From positions 144,832,001 to 144,896,000 of the forward strand of contig NC_042997.1 in the NCBI RefSeq assembly GCF_006345805.1: a stretch of 64,000 nucleotides of DNA. Reading direction: 5' to 3'. This DNA comes from Octopus sinensis. Its lineage: Eukaryota. A program made the translations under genes and the position numbers. Position 1 is the first letter of the stretch. The number at the start of each line of letters is the position of its first letter. The notes under the pieces were generated by a model that was given only the letters and a program-made list of their open reading frames with translations, did not search any database and was not told the DNA's origin. Positions 39,944 to 52,183 of the stretch are shown here, in pieces.

Positions 39944-40281
39944 ACACACAATGTCCATTGTTCTCTGTAATTTAATGCAACACGTAATTCCCTGATGATC
40001 CATTCTGGTCAAGCCTCCAGATGTTCTTGGAACATCAAATGCAAAGTTCTGAGCTACCATAATGGTGTAATGTACGCAGGAATTAATAATATAAACGTGG
40101 GTTTATTGTAACTCCACCCACATTTGCTTTGTTTGTCATAAATAGTAATACTAATAAATATAGCACTTGCTTAACCACTATACAGGAAGCAGACAAGACG
40201 ATGATAATCCACGTGGAGCTCTAAAATCAACATCAATCAGTTTATATATTGCCTATCTAGTCATATTTCGTGACAATTATA

Positions 40282-40847
40282 TTGGGTTGTCCGGAAAGTT
40301 CGTGCCGATTTTTAAAGGAAAGAAAAAGGTCAATAAATACTTGCCATTACATTTTTAATCAACCAAATATGAACCATTTTGTTGCACAATGCGTCTCCAT
40401 CTTTCCTTTAACTTCAAAATACCCTCTTCCCAGAATTGAAGTGGTTTCATGGCAAAGAATTCATCAAGGTATCTTTTTACGTCATCCAAGGTTTTGAAAT
40501 TTTTACCATTAAGACTATTCTGCAGAGACCTGAATAAGTGGAAATCCGAAGGAGCAATATCTGGTGAATATGGAGGGTGGGGTAACACATCCCAGCCAAG
40601 CTGCAACAATTTTTATTTGGTTCCCAAAGCATCAAGTGCCGAAAATGAACTTTCTTATCTTCCATTTTAAAGGGTTACAGAATTAACAATGGTTATAGGA
40701 ACATAAACCTTCTTACACGAAAAGATAGCTTAAACTGTGCTCTAAATGGAGGTGTAGTCAAATCCTATTTTATAGACTCAACCATGTTCTAAAATAAGTC
40801 GAAAGGTAAGCTACTATAAATCGGCACGAACTTTCCGGACAACCCAA
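40282..40847 (-). mobile_element. 566-bp internally deleted mariner (non-autonomous)
   Basis: TIR TTGGGTTGTCCGGAAAGTTCGTGCCGATTT at both ends with TA TSD. The N-terminus MEDKKVHFRHLMLWE is fused to a C-terminus containing HPPYSPDIAPSDFHLF. Confidence 0.95.
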
Positions 40848-40957
40848 TAGTTTTCCTTTTAGGTAACACATTGCACACAGCTGTCTATATTAATTTTTTG
40901 TATACACATTAGCGATTCGTTAAATCATTCATAGATTTTTATGGTGAATATATATAT

Positions 40958-41346
40958 ATGGATGGAAGCACTCCGTCGGTTACGACGATGAGGGTTCCGG
41001 TTGATCCGAATCAATGGAACAGCCTGCTCGTGAAATTAACGTGTAAGTGGCTGAGCACTCCTCAGACACGTGTACCCTTAACGTAGTTCTCGAGGATATT
41101 CAGCGTGACACAGAGAGTGACAAGGCCGGCCCTTTGAAATACAGGTACAACAGAAACAGGAAGTAAGAGTTAGAGAAAGTTGTGGTGAAAGAGTACAGCA
41201 GGGATCACCACGATCCCCTGCCGGAGCCTCGTGGAGCTTTAGGTGTTTTCGCTCAATAAACACTCACAACGCCCGGTCTGGGAATCGAAACCGCAATCCT
41301 ATGACCGCGAGTCCGCTGCCCTAACCACTGGGCCATTGCGCCTCCA
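40958..41346 (-). mobile_element. SINE group B, full length
   Basis: The reverse complement has head GGAGGCGCAATGGCCCAGTGGTTAGGG..GGTTTCGATTCCC; the tail ends ..gacggagtgcttccatccat. Confidence 0.87.
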
Positions 41347-41409
41347 CTGAATATATATATATGCATATACCGACAGAGAATTAAGTCCGAAATCAGCTGA
41401 ATCGAGCGG

Positions 41410-41472
41410 TCCCTACTGATGAGGTTACGAAATAAGCCGAAATAAGCCGAAAGTGATTGATCAATATAGAGA
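41410..41472 (+). ncRNA. Type I hammerhead-like motif with intact core boxes and a 10-nt duplication
   Basis: TCCCTA CTGATGA GGTTA CGAAA TAAGCC [GAAATAAGCC] GAAA G TGAT TG ATCA ATA TAGAGA. Stem I pairs 5 of 6, stem III TGAT/ATCA has one G-A mismatch, and the triplet is AUA. Confidence 0.55.
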
Positions 41473-41662
41473 ATCTTGACTTGTCAGTACATATGTATAC
41501 AATTATGTGCTTTAACTACAGCTTTAGGTCTTTTTTGGTCTTATTTCTATCAATGTAGGTGTTCTAACATCCTAATCATATTTAGTGAGAATTATAGTTT
41601 TCCTCTTTGGAAATACATTGCACACGGCTGCGTATATCAATGGTTTTGGTATGTGTATATAT

Positions 41663-41693
<31 letters not shown>

Positions 41694-42450
41694 GAATATA
41701 TGAGAAGCAGCCCGAGGGATATCGATCACGCATACAAAAGCTAGGTGTTTTGTCAGTTCATGGACAGGCCGCAATTGTCGGCGTAAGAGAATATATTCTG
41801 ATTAATTTGCTCGGTGTTAAAACACGTGGAAGTCATAGAGAAGCGAAATAACTCGCATCAGGTCCCGTTACAGGAGCAATAAACATTAATGTTTCTTCAT
41901 CTGTATGTCTTGTCAATACCGCGTACCCGAAACGTGGTCAGATGTAAGATAAATCGCCTTCTTAGACCTGCAATCGCAGCCTGCCCACAAACTGACAAAA
42001 CACATACCTTGTGTATATGTGTTTTATATGATATGATATGATATATGCATACATTCATATATAATATATATAATATATATATCTATATATATATATATTA
42101 TATATATATAGGGATGGTATTATTAAAATCCCATCACAAGTGGTAAGCGAATTATTAGCCGTACAGGCAAATTAATAAATTCGGTTTTATTAACTACTTC
42201 AGTTTTCTTCACTACTGCTAAGATGTTGGAGTTTTCAGTCTTCTGTGGATACTTTTATTTTTTTGTATTGCTTGATGACATTTGGAATGTCGTTTACATA
42301 CACTATAAAGTGATGTGCCAAGCACAATCCCATGGACAATAACATTGGTGGCTTTTGCTGGGCTTAAGCGGATTCCAGCGATCAGAGCATGATGGGTTCT
42401 GCTCATCTGGAAATAGTTGAATTATACGCGCGCGCACATACACATATAGC

Positions 42451-42508
<58 letters not shown>

Positions 42509-42808
42509 GAGGCAGAAAGACAGATACCTGCCTGATGTGTGTGTGTGTATATACATACAGACATACATATATACGTGTATAAGTATGTGCACCAGATAAA
42601 CCACCCATAATTGAATACAACTCACCCAACTAAAACTCACTACTTGAATGGACCATAAGCAAAACTTGACTTAAACAGGGTTTAGATAATCCTATCAGGT
42701 GGTGCTATTAAGTTAGACATGGCCTGGACCAATCTTTGGTCGAAACATATCTAAGTTTTATATATATATGCATATATATATATGAATGTATGTATGTGTA
42801 TATATATA

Positions 42809-42946
42809 TGTAAATATAATATGTGACAATTATTCGGTAGCCATGATAAAACTTCCAAGTTTCGGATGTCGGGGCGGAAACCCACGTCGCTATCTCTTCA
42901 GTTATCCGGCCATCGAAAAAAATAATTGTCACATATTATATTTACA
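42809..42946 (-). mobile_element. 138-bp unit with perfect 26-bp inverted ends enclosing a hammerhead
   Basis: TGTAAATATAATATGTGACAATTATT (42809-42834) is the exact reverse complement of 42921-42946. Confidence 0.75.
42845..42906 (-). ncRNA. Type I hammerhead ribozyme, intact core
   Basis: Minus strand reads GAUAA CUGAAGA GAUAGCGACGUGGGUUUCCGCCCCGACAUCC GAA ACU UGGA AGU U UUAUC. Stem I is 5 bp, stem III is 3-4 bp, the triplet is GUU, the G10.1-C11.1 pair is present, and the rest of stem II is imperfect. Confidence 0.75.
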
Positions 42947-43014
42947 GAATAAATTCCTCTATTACATAATATCGAGGGTCCCTTTCATTTTTGTTGTCTT
43001 ACCATTTGTATCAA

Positions 43015-43078
<64 letters not shown>

Positions 43079-43080
43079 TA

Positions 43081-43127
<47 letters not shown>

Positions 43128-43148
43128 TACTTATATGCATGTAGGTGT

Positions 43149-43178
<30 letters not shown>

Positions 43179-43179
<1 letters not shown>

Positions 43180-43590
43180 GCGCAGGAGTGGCTCTGTGTG
43201 GTAATTAGCTTGTTTACTAACCACATGGTTCCGGGTTCAGTCCCACTGCGTGGCACCTTCGGCAAGTGTCTTCTTCTATAGCCTCGGGCCGACCAAAGCC
43301 TTATCAGTGGATTTGGTAGATGGAAGTCCGTCGTATATATGTATATATATATATATATATATGATGTGTGTGTGTGTTTATATGTCTGTGTTTGTCCCCC
43401 TAGCATTGCTTGACAACCGATGCTGGTGTGTTTATGTACCCGTCACATAGCGGTTCGGCAAAACAGACCGATAGAATAAGTACTGGGCTTCAAAGAATAA
43501 TAGTCCGGGGTCGAGTTGTTCGATTAAAAGCGGTGCTCCAGCATGGCCGAAGTCAAATGACTGAAACAAGTAAAAGAGAAAGAGAGAGAT
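43179..43590 (+). mobile_element. SINE group A, full length
   Basis: Colinear with 27789-28233. Confidence 0.88.
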
Positions 43591-43629
43591 AATATTATAA
43601 TTATTATATATATATTATATATATATATT

Positions 43630-44518
43630 GTACGTACATATATGTTTGTATGTATGCATATATTTTTATTTATCTCCTTATTGTCTGACAGCGCCCCGCA
43701 TCAGGTTCGTTCCGATCGTCGTTTCGATCCACTTCTTGGTCCCCTTTTTTTATATTTATATTATTATATGAAGATGCGGTACTCTCTCCCTTTGCTTAAC
43801 CTCTTCAATCTTTCTCCCTCCCACTCCTCCTCTCTCTTCGCCGCGTGTCCCCTCCTCCTTCCCTCTTCCTTGCCTATAAAACAAAATTCCTTTACACGTG
43901 GTTCCCACTATTGAAAAGACTGCCTCCACGCGCTGCTACTACACTTTCGTCCTGCCAGCAAAAGGCTTCTTCGTTCGTCCCCTTGTGTGGTTGATTTCCT
44001 GTATAGTATTCCTGTTATTTTCTCGTTTTGTAACTAATTGTACTTTTTGTACATGTTTTTTATTTTGCAGTTTTATTGTTTGTCTATGCCAGAAAAGGCT
44101 TTTCGTTCGTCCTCTTGTGTTGTTTTTGTACATGTATTTTAATTTTGCAGTCTTATTGTTACGTCTTGTTTGTGTTCGTACTCATTTTGCCCCGCTGCTT
44201 GAAATTTTATTTTAATTCTCTCGCAGGAAGGCCTATTGGATTAGTGTTCTGTTATGCCTTCGAAACATGCCTGACTCCTCTAGCGACAGCTGATGACGGG
44301 GGTTTTGTCCTTGTGTAGCTCGTCTGTATTTGTTTTTCGTTTTCTTGTTTTTCGTTTTCCGTTTTCTTGTTTTTTGTTTTTGGCTTTTTTCCGTTTCTAC
44401 GTCTTATTGTGATGTCCTGTACTCCCGTATAATTATTTATTATTGCATGTATATATACATGTAAATGTAGGTACGTACATATATGTTTGTATGTATGCAT
44501 ATATTTTTATTTATCTCC
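43630..44518. repeat. Unit bounded by an identical 48-bp direct repeat (period 841 bp)
   Basis: GTACGTACATATATGTTTGTATGTATGCATATATTTTTATTTATCTCC at 43630-43677 and 44471-44518. Confidence 0.85.
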
Positions 44519-44530
44519 CTATATATATAT

Positions 44531-44563
<33 letters not shown>

Positions 44564-44976
44564 GAGTACACATACACGCAACACCACACAAACATAGATA
44601 TATCAACAGGGTATTGTCTATGTATGTATGTATGTATGTACGTATGTATGTATGTATGTATGTATCTATCTATCAATCTGTCTCTCAGTCTAGCTGTCTA
44701 GCAATCTGTCTGTCTGTATATATATATGTGTGTGCGTGTGTGTGTTGTGTAGCTGAAATTTATAGAAAAACAAAAACAAAGGTCGAAGACAGGTGTATGA
44801 ACAACAAGCGAGTATAATAGTTTGACGCCCGGGAAAAATGTTAAAGTCTTTTACGTTTCAAAAACAAAGAGTGAATGAAAAAAACGTGTAGAATTCAGTG
44901 ATCCAACATGGCATACAGAAAGAGAGTGTGTGAGAGAATATATTTATATGTCATATACGTATTTTTATATACATAT

Positions 44977-45016
<40 letters not shown>

Positions 45017-45314
45017 ACACATGCAGTGAGAGAACGACTGGAGTGGGGTGATAGGACAGACCACACACGGTCATAAATACCAACTTAAGTTTAAAGACAA
45101 AACAAAATTTTGATGTTCACCTTTCTTGAAACAAATTCTGAAACAAATACATCAAGTATGCGCGTGTGTGTGTGTGTGTTTGTGCGTGTGTGTGTGTGTG
45201 TGTGTGCGTACATGTGTGTGCGTGTGGTTATGTATTTGTGTCTGTGTGGCATCTGAGTGAATTTGTGTGTGTGTGTGAATATACATACATACATATATAT
45301 ACTCAGGTATAAAG

Positions 45315-45347
<33 letters not shown>

Positions 45348-45899
45348 TAGACAGAGATACACACACACGCATATACGTATTCACTATGAGGATATTTAAA
45401 CCTCTCGCAGGAATAGTTTTATCGAAGATACCCTGGTTTAATATATATTTTGAAGAAATATTTCTTCATCGTAGCAGGAGGCTTGCCACTTCTCCCAAAA
45501 CAGTATAGAAAAGAAGCTCAAACACACTGAAAGGCGGTGCTCCAGCATGGCCTCAGCCTATGGCTGAAACCAGTAAAAGTTAAAAGAAAACGAAAGACAC
45601 TACGCACGAGGCGCAGAAGATAACCTCTTAACTTAAGCAAGGCATCTATCCACTAAACAGTGCTCAACCACGAATAATAGAAATTAGAACAGTGTAGTTT
45701 GTTTGTAGATACAGTGTAGAGTGTTAGTAGGTTTGTTGTTAGGTCAAATTAACTTCGGAGATATTTTCCCACACACACAGAAACTGCAGGAGCTACTCAG
45801 AACTATTGCAAGCTTTTCTGAATCCGTCATAATGACGGAAATACCTCTGTATTATCAGCAGCTATCTTTGTCTGTATGCTTCACCTGAGTGGGATAGCG

Positions 45900-46860
45900 A
45901 AGACTGAATTAGTTTTCTCCTGTGAATGGTTCCACTTGCCTTCTCTTGTCAATCACAACAACCTTGAAATGGTTTCAGCTGCTATGCCTACCTCCTTGGT
46001 GGCTTTTTTCAGTTGGCTGGGTTTCAGATCATTCATGTGAGAAATTGCGTACCAGTCTCGCTGGAAAGTTGCGGCAGCTAGTTTCAGTACAAAATAAGAC
46101 CGAGTACCATTCTTTGACAAGGCCCTCGTCCACCAAGTCCTGGTATTTGGTCTGCTAGTGAGATATGTCGAGTCTATCCTCCCAGCGATCTGTAAGTTCA
46201 ACCATAATGATTGTTTTTGCTCTCCAGGAGAGCAGAAATATGTCTGGTCGGAGTGATGCTACCGCTAACTCCTCTGAGAAAACGAGTCTGCCCTTTAGGT
46301 TCACTTTCATTTCTCAGTCTAAGGCTGGATACAAAATAGAAAACAGTCTCCCATTATTGTTGCCCTTGTCTGAAGAGTCATATCACCTTCCCTAATTAAT
46401 CTGATATCCTTGGTGGCGATGACTACTGTTTGTTGGCTTTAACCATCTGCAGGTCTGTCCATTTGGTGATTTCTGCAAGAACCTTTCCATGCCTCCATTT
46501 GTACCAGATTTATCCCAATACCCTAGGACATCCGATCAAAGTATGGTCTAAGGTGCGAAGATTTGCTCCATACTACTTGCAGGATGGGTCATTTTCTTTG
46601 TCCCATGTTTTAAGGTTATTTGGGATTGACAAGAAGTCAGCGACAGCACGCTGGAGGAAGGACAATTTTCCTTAGTCAGTACTTCAGATTTCCTCACAGG
46701 ACAATGGGTGCTCGAGTAATTGTTTCACTGTAACCATTGTCTCGGGTAGACAAACGCTACTGCCTTCATACGGTGATCCTCCTTCATTTGATCGCGGATC
46801 CTTTGTACTATGAGCTCTCTCTCTCTTGCTCCTGACCATTTATTAACACTTCAGAATTCC
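45900..46860 (-). mobile_element. Degraded HERO-like (RLE-type) non-LTR retrotransposon 3' fragment
   Basis: Minus-strand pieces: KLSFLQRAVADFLSIPNNLKTW, DPSCK*YG..TLDHTLIGC, KWRHGKVL, LRPDI, IIMVELTDRWEDR, TKYQDLV and KEVGIAAE. Confidence 0.8.
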
Positions 46861-47431
46861 ACTGGTTCTCATTTGTCATCCCGAAATAATGTAAGTTAAA
46901 TTTGACCAGAATGAGATTTGAACGCAAAACGTAAATATTCGTAAATACCGTGTGACATATCCACTTCTCTCCCGAGATTGCAAATCTACCATCTTGGCTC
47001 TTACTCCAGCATTCAACATTGCCAGCTATTCGGCTGCCATCTCATACCATAAATACAGTTATAGAAGCCTTGAGAGCAGCTGTATATAGTCGCTCAACTT
47101 GATAGAAAAAAAAGCTATCAGATCTTTCTCACATCTCATCATCCTGTCTTCAAAAGATAAGGACACTTTTAATAACATTTACTCCAAAATACACTGTGAC
47201 TGAAACACTGACGTGATCAACATGGCCATTACGTTTTTGATCGCAATTTGAGCAGAGCAGAACTGAGTTGCAGCTAAACACCAACAGCCAATTCAACAAC
47301 ACTGTGCTTCTAACCAACGGGTGTGTTTCCATATATTCGTTAGACAAGCTAGAAATCTGAATCTTCTTCAAATGAATCTTCTTCAACAAATATTCTATCG
47401 TCTAAAAAGTATTCTATCGTCTAAAAAAGAG

Positions 47432-47616
47432 ACATTGGATGATGGTTAAGAAGCTCCCTTTGCAACCTCATGGTTTTGGGTTCAGTCCAACTGCGAGGCA
47501 TCTTGGACAAGTATCTTATACTATAGGTCTGGGTCAAAAAATGCCATGTAAGTGAACTTGGATGGTGAAACTGTGAAGAAGCCAGTGTGGAATCCTGTCG
47601 TAAATGTGTGTGTGTG

Positions 47617-47676
<60 letters not shown>

Positions 47677-47855
47677 CTTTGTATTTACCTCACCACCGTT
47701 ACTTAGCGGTTCGGCCAAAGAGAACCATAAAATAAGTATTAAACTTTAAAATAGTACTTCAGTCGAAGTGCTTGACTAAACCCTTCAAGGCAGTGGTGCC
47801 CTAGCATGGCCGCAGTCCAGTGACTGAAACAAGTGAAAGATTAAAAGAAAGGATA
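47432..47855 (+). mobile_element. SINE group A, diverged full-length copy
   Basis: Head GGGTTCAGTCCAACTG, internal (TG)n, and tail ..gcatggccgcagtccagtgactgaaacaag. Confidence 0.78.
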
Positions 47856-48227
47856 AAAGAATTCTTGTAAAACAAGACGGAATGATCACGGCTGGAATGC
47901 TTTTGATGATAGATCAATTTACTCAAAGCTTACCTGGCTTTAAGCAACTACAACAAATCTTTTCAAGTTTAAATGGTTTCTCATAATTGGGCGAGACTAT
48001 CCCACTTGGGAATCGAAACCAGGTCGTAGATTCGGTTCAGCAAGATTTGGTGCCGTACCACAGCAGCTGTCGTCTATACATTTTAAATAGAGCAGACAGA
48101 GATATTCAATTCAATTGCAGTCAGTAGAGACCTCACACACGCAAGTAATTAGTAATATTTATTTATTCAATGTGTTTACCACACATACTACACACACACA
48201 CACAACACACACCACACAACACACACA

Positions 48228-48276
<49 letters not shown>

Positions 48277-48822
48277 CGATATAGATATAGATATAGATAT
48301 AGATATATATGTATGTATAAGCGGTTCAGTTATTCACATATATATCACACACATATACACATAAATACGTACATAGACAGACACAAACGACAGATTCATA
48401 TAGGGGCAGAAACAGATTAACAGACACATCCATCCATCCATCCATCCATCCATCCATAATACATACATACATACATACATACATACATACATACATACAT
48501 ACATACATACATACATACATACGCTCACACACGCAGATGCACATACAGGCACACACGAGCAGGCACGAAGCTATCTACAGAAATACACGCATAAGTTATT
48601 TACAAGTTCAGATACTAAGGCACATTCGTATATTGATATATCCAGAGATACGCATCGACAAACAAATACACAGATACCGAGACGAACATTCATACATAGG
48701 CGTTTTGTGCGCGGCCGTGTGCATGCATGAACGCTAGCACACTTAAGTAAAGACATCTTATGAGCAGTTTCATAAAAGATTTTTTGCAGCATACTTCTGC
48801 AAAGTAGTAAAAAGATAAATTG

Positions 48823-48874
<52 letters not shown>

Positions 48875-48987
48875 CGTGTGTGTGTGTGTGTGTGTGTGTG
48901 GTGTTGTGTGTGTGTGTGTGTGTGTTTGTATGTTGTTGTGTGTGTGTGTACAGTAGAAATAAAGAGTTAGCAGGTATTAGTTTAGAG

Positions 48988-49848
48988 TAGTGTTTCTCAA
49001 CCTTTTTACATTTGCGTAACCCTAAAAATAAATTACGTCTCAAGGAACTCCTGCACAAAAAGAAAAACAAAATCATACATTATATCTTTCTTATATTTTT
49101 TCATCGTAGTTCACGTGGTAAATATCATATATACAGTAGAAAGAAAGAGTTAGCAGGAAACAATGGGTATTATATTGGGTTGTCCGGAAAGTTCGTGCCG
49201 ATTTATAGTAGCTTACATTTCGACGTATTTTAGAACATGGTTGAGTCCATAAAATAGGATTTGACTATACCTCCATTTAGAGTACAGTTTAAGCTATTTT
49301 TTTCGTGGAAGAAGGTTTATGTTCCTATAACCTGTGTTAATTCTATAACCCTTTAAAGAAGAAGATAAGAAAGTTCATTTTCGGCACTTGATGCTTTGGG
49401 AACCAGACAAAAATTGTTGCAGCTCGACTGGAATGTATTACCCTACTCTCCATATTCACCAGATTATTGCTCCTGCGGATTTCTACTTATTCTGGTCTCT
49501 GCAGAATAGTCTTAATGGTAAAAATTTCAATTCCTTGGATGACGTAAAAAGATACCTTGATGAATTCTTTGCCATGAAACTACCTTAATTCTGGGAAGAG
49601 GGTATTTTCAAGTTAAAGGAAAGAGGGAGACGCATTGTGCAACAAAATGGTTCATATTTGGTTGATTAAAAATGTAATGGCAAGTATCTATTGACCTTTT
49701 TCTTTCCTTTAAAAATCGGCACAAACTTTCCTGACAACCCAATATATATATTGCGATCATGAAATTAACATTAGCTTATCTCACTCTTTCTCGCGGAACC
49801 CTTTTGCGAAACACTAGGGTTTCGGGGTAACCCGGTTGAGAAACGCAG
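48988..49848. mobile_element. hAT-like MITE carrying a nested mariner
   Basis: Ends TAGTGTTTCTCAACC and GGTTGAGAAACGCAG; perfect 8-bp TSD GTTTAGAG (48980-48987, 49849-49856). Confidence 0.88.
49175..49742 (+). mobile_element. 568-bp internally deleted mariner, same family and same deletion as 40282-40847
   Basis: Same TIRs, TA TSD, and the same junction ATGCTTTGGGAACCA(A/G)A(C/T)AAAAATTGTTGCAGCT. Confidence 0.95.
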
Positions 49849-50284
49849 GTTTAGAGCATAGAATTTTTCTTAATTACTCCCTATTCGTATCTATAACTTT
49901 GCAACGGAATCTGTCCCTGGTCATTCCTGCCCAACGGCTTAAACCTACGGTCATTAGCAACATGTATCAAATCCGAGGAAAACAGAGTTCATTTAACAAA
50001 ATACTACCTATTACATCACCTGAAGAGATTCTTCTGCACTGAGGGATGCACCACAACTAGTTGTATAGTTTCCCGCTCGCGAGGGGTTGGTTCAGGCTGT
50101 TTCGAAACAATTTTTGGGAGCAACAAAGTTGCCCGTGTATTCTATTTTCCGTCTCTATTATTTGTTTTGTACTCTACGTGTACTGAATAATTCCTGAGGA
50201 AGATCCAGCGACAACTGTGTAATTACCGTGCATGACGTCAGATAGCCATAGAGAGTGAAAATGCTTTATCGGCGTACTAAAAGG

Positions 50285-50354
<70 letters not shown>

Positions 50355-50399
50355 TACACATATATACACACACATATACATGCATATATATGTATAAAA

Positions 50400-50600
50400 T
50401 GTACCCGCGTGTGTATCATTGGCGATTTTCCCCCGTCTTCCCTTCCTATGGACTTACCTCTATTTGTGAGGAAGATCTTAGCTCGAAACGTTAAATCCTC
50501 TTTCCTTTCTTTCCTGAGCGCCTGATAATACAGTACTTGTATCACGTCCTCGCGTTCTTGTTTTTTCTTGTTTGGGATTCTTTGTTTGGATTCACTATAC
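50400..50600 (+). mobile_element. Short PLE-like element with a minimal hammerhead relic
   Basis: Colinear with the reverse complement of 55655-55855; HHR relic at 50462-50496. Confidence 0.7.
50462..50496 (+). ncRNA. Minimal type I hammerhead relic (C3G, one stem II mismatch)
   Basis: ATTT GTGAGGA A GATC TTA GCTC GAAAC GTT AAAT. Confidence 0.55.
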
Positions 50601-51513
50601 ACACACACATACACACACACACATATATATATATATATAAAATCTGTTCTGTCTGTCTGTCAGTGCGCTTATAACTCGAGTATTGTTCATCCGATCGTGC
50701 TGACATTTTAAACATGGATACATGAGAGAGAGTGTATTCCGTAATCTAAAAAGATTTTCAAAATAATTTCATGGTGAGAATCGCTATTTTTGTAATCTTT
50801 TTTGTCCTGTTTGTTCCGCCATTAAAATCAACCAGTTGCTCAGACAGCCGGCACATACCATTTCGCTAGCAACAAGGGGAGTACAAGATGACAGTCAGCC
50901 AAAACCGTCGCTATGCTATCTCTCTTATGACGTCCAATTCCACTTGAAGTTGTATATATATTGTAAGATTCGTTATCAATCAATTATCCTTAATGAGAAG
51001 AAACAGTCAAAAGTAACAACCACATAGAATCACCAAACATCTCCACTACTTAACACCGTCCAATTTAACCCTCTTCACCTTTACAGCTGACATGAAAAGC
51101 TACGCAAAAAGAGAAGAAAAAAATTATTGCTATTAAAACGCGTAAAATTTGGGGGTTAATAATCTTAATCTTTAGTTACAGTTTCTCATTCAAACTACAT
51201 GATAGGCAGAATTGTCGGATTAAAACAGTAGGGTGTTTTGAGGGAGATTTGGCTGCTATTTCTATCAGGTCTAGCCTCCATGTACACGTCTCCCTTATTG
51301 GGTCATACATACATATATACATGAAATCGAAATAAAATACTTAAAGTAACAGTCATCAAATACAAAAGCCAAGGTCCATGCAGTGTCATGGGCCAAATAA
51401 AATTCCAACTTCTTGCCTTATGCGAGCCCAGAGCAATCTCTTACATCTTACACTATTTCAGTATTACGTCTCTCTCTCTCTCTCTCTCTTTGTATATATA
51501 TATACACACTCAC

Positions 51514-52105
51514 ACGAGGGGAAGTAAAAAGTTATCCGCACTTTCACCATAACATATCTTTATTATTGTCACACTGCCTTCTGCACATGCATGCTTATAG
51601 TTGGTACTATTGTGGTCACGTGATCGAAGTTTGAGCCCGATCGCGTCATTTTGCTTTCTAACTTTACAGCGTAAGCATAGCCGCTTCACTAGCGATGTGT
51701 ACCAAAGAAAGACAAAGAGCAGTGATCTGAGAGATTGTAATGCTGAACTGGTTTACTATTACCATCTCTCGAGCTTGCTGAATCTTCTCATCAGTGCTGG
51801 AGGCTGACGTGCGTTCTGCTCCCTCATCATGCCTCACGCTTGTCCAGCCACTTTTAAACTTCTCGATCCACTCATACACACTTCTACGCCGTAGTGCACA
51901 GTTCCGATGAATTTCAGCAAATTTCAGAGAAATCGGATTACTGCTCTTTGCCCTTATTTGGTGCTCATTGCTAGCGGAGGGGCCATGCTTACCTGTAAAG
52001 TCAGAAAGAAAAATGGCGCGAGGAGGCTCAGGCTTCGATCACGTGGCCGCAATAGTACCAACTATAATCAGGCATGCATAGAAAGCAGTGTGACAATAAT
52101 AAACA
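51514..52105. mobile_element. Mariner-derived element with long (about 180-bp) diverged inverted arms
   Basis: 51560-51735 is roughly the reverse complement of 51925-52105. The central minus strand encodes YEWIEKFKSGWTSVRHDEGAERTS..DEKIQQAREMV (HTH region). Left TIR-like CGAGGGGAAGTAAAAAGTTATCCGCACT. Confidence 0.75.
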
Positions 52106-52150
52106 ACAAACAGGTGTATTAGTTTAACTCTCAGAAAGGTGAGAAAGTGT

Positions 52151-52183
52151 TTTACGTTTCGAGCCTACACTTTTCAGCAGAAA
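52151..52183 (-). ncRNA. Minimal hammerhead relic (A6C, decayed stem II)
   Basis: Minus strand reads TTT CTGCTGA A AAGT GTAG GCTC GAAAC GTA AAA. Confidence 0.4.

Noticed and set aside
41895-41946. CATCT..GAAAC GTG GTC AGATG as a hammerhead
   Set aside because: No CUGANGA box and no stem II.
45818-45862. Palindrome TCCGTCAT-A-ATGACGGA followed by AATAC
   Set aside because: The core reads CTGAATC and stem I is missing.
47150-47389. 79-aa minus-strand ORF with a hydrophobic, Cys-containing segment
   Set aside because: No splice or homology support; starts in short tandem duplications.
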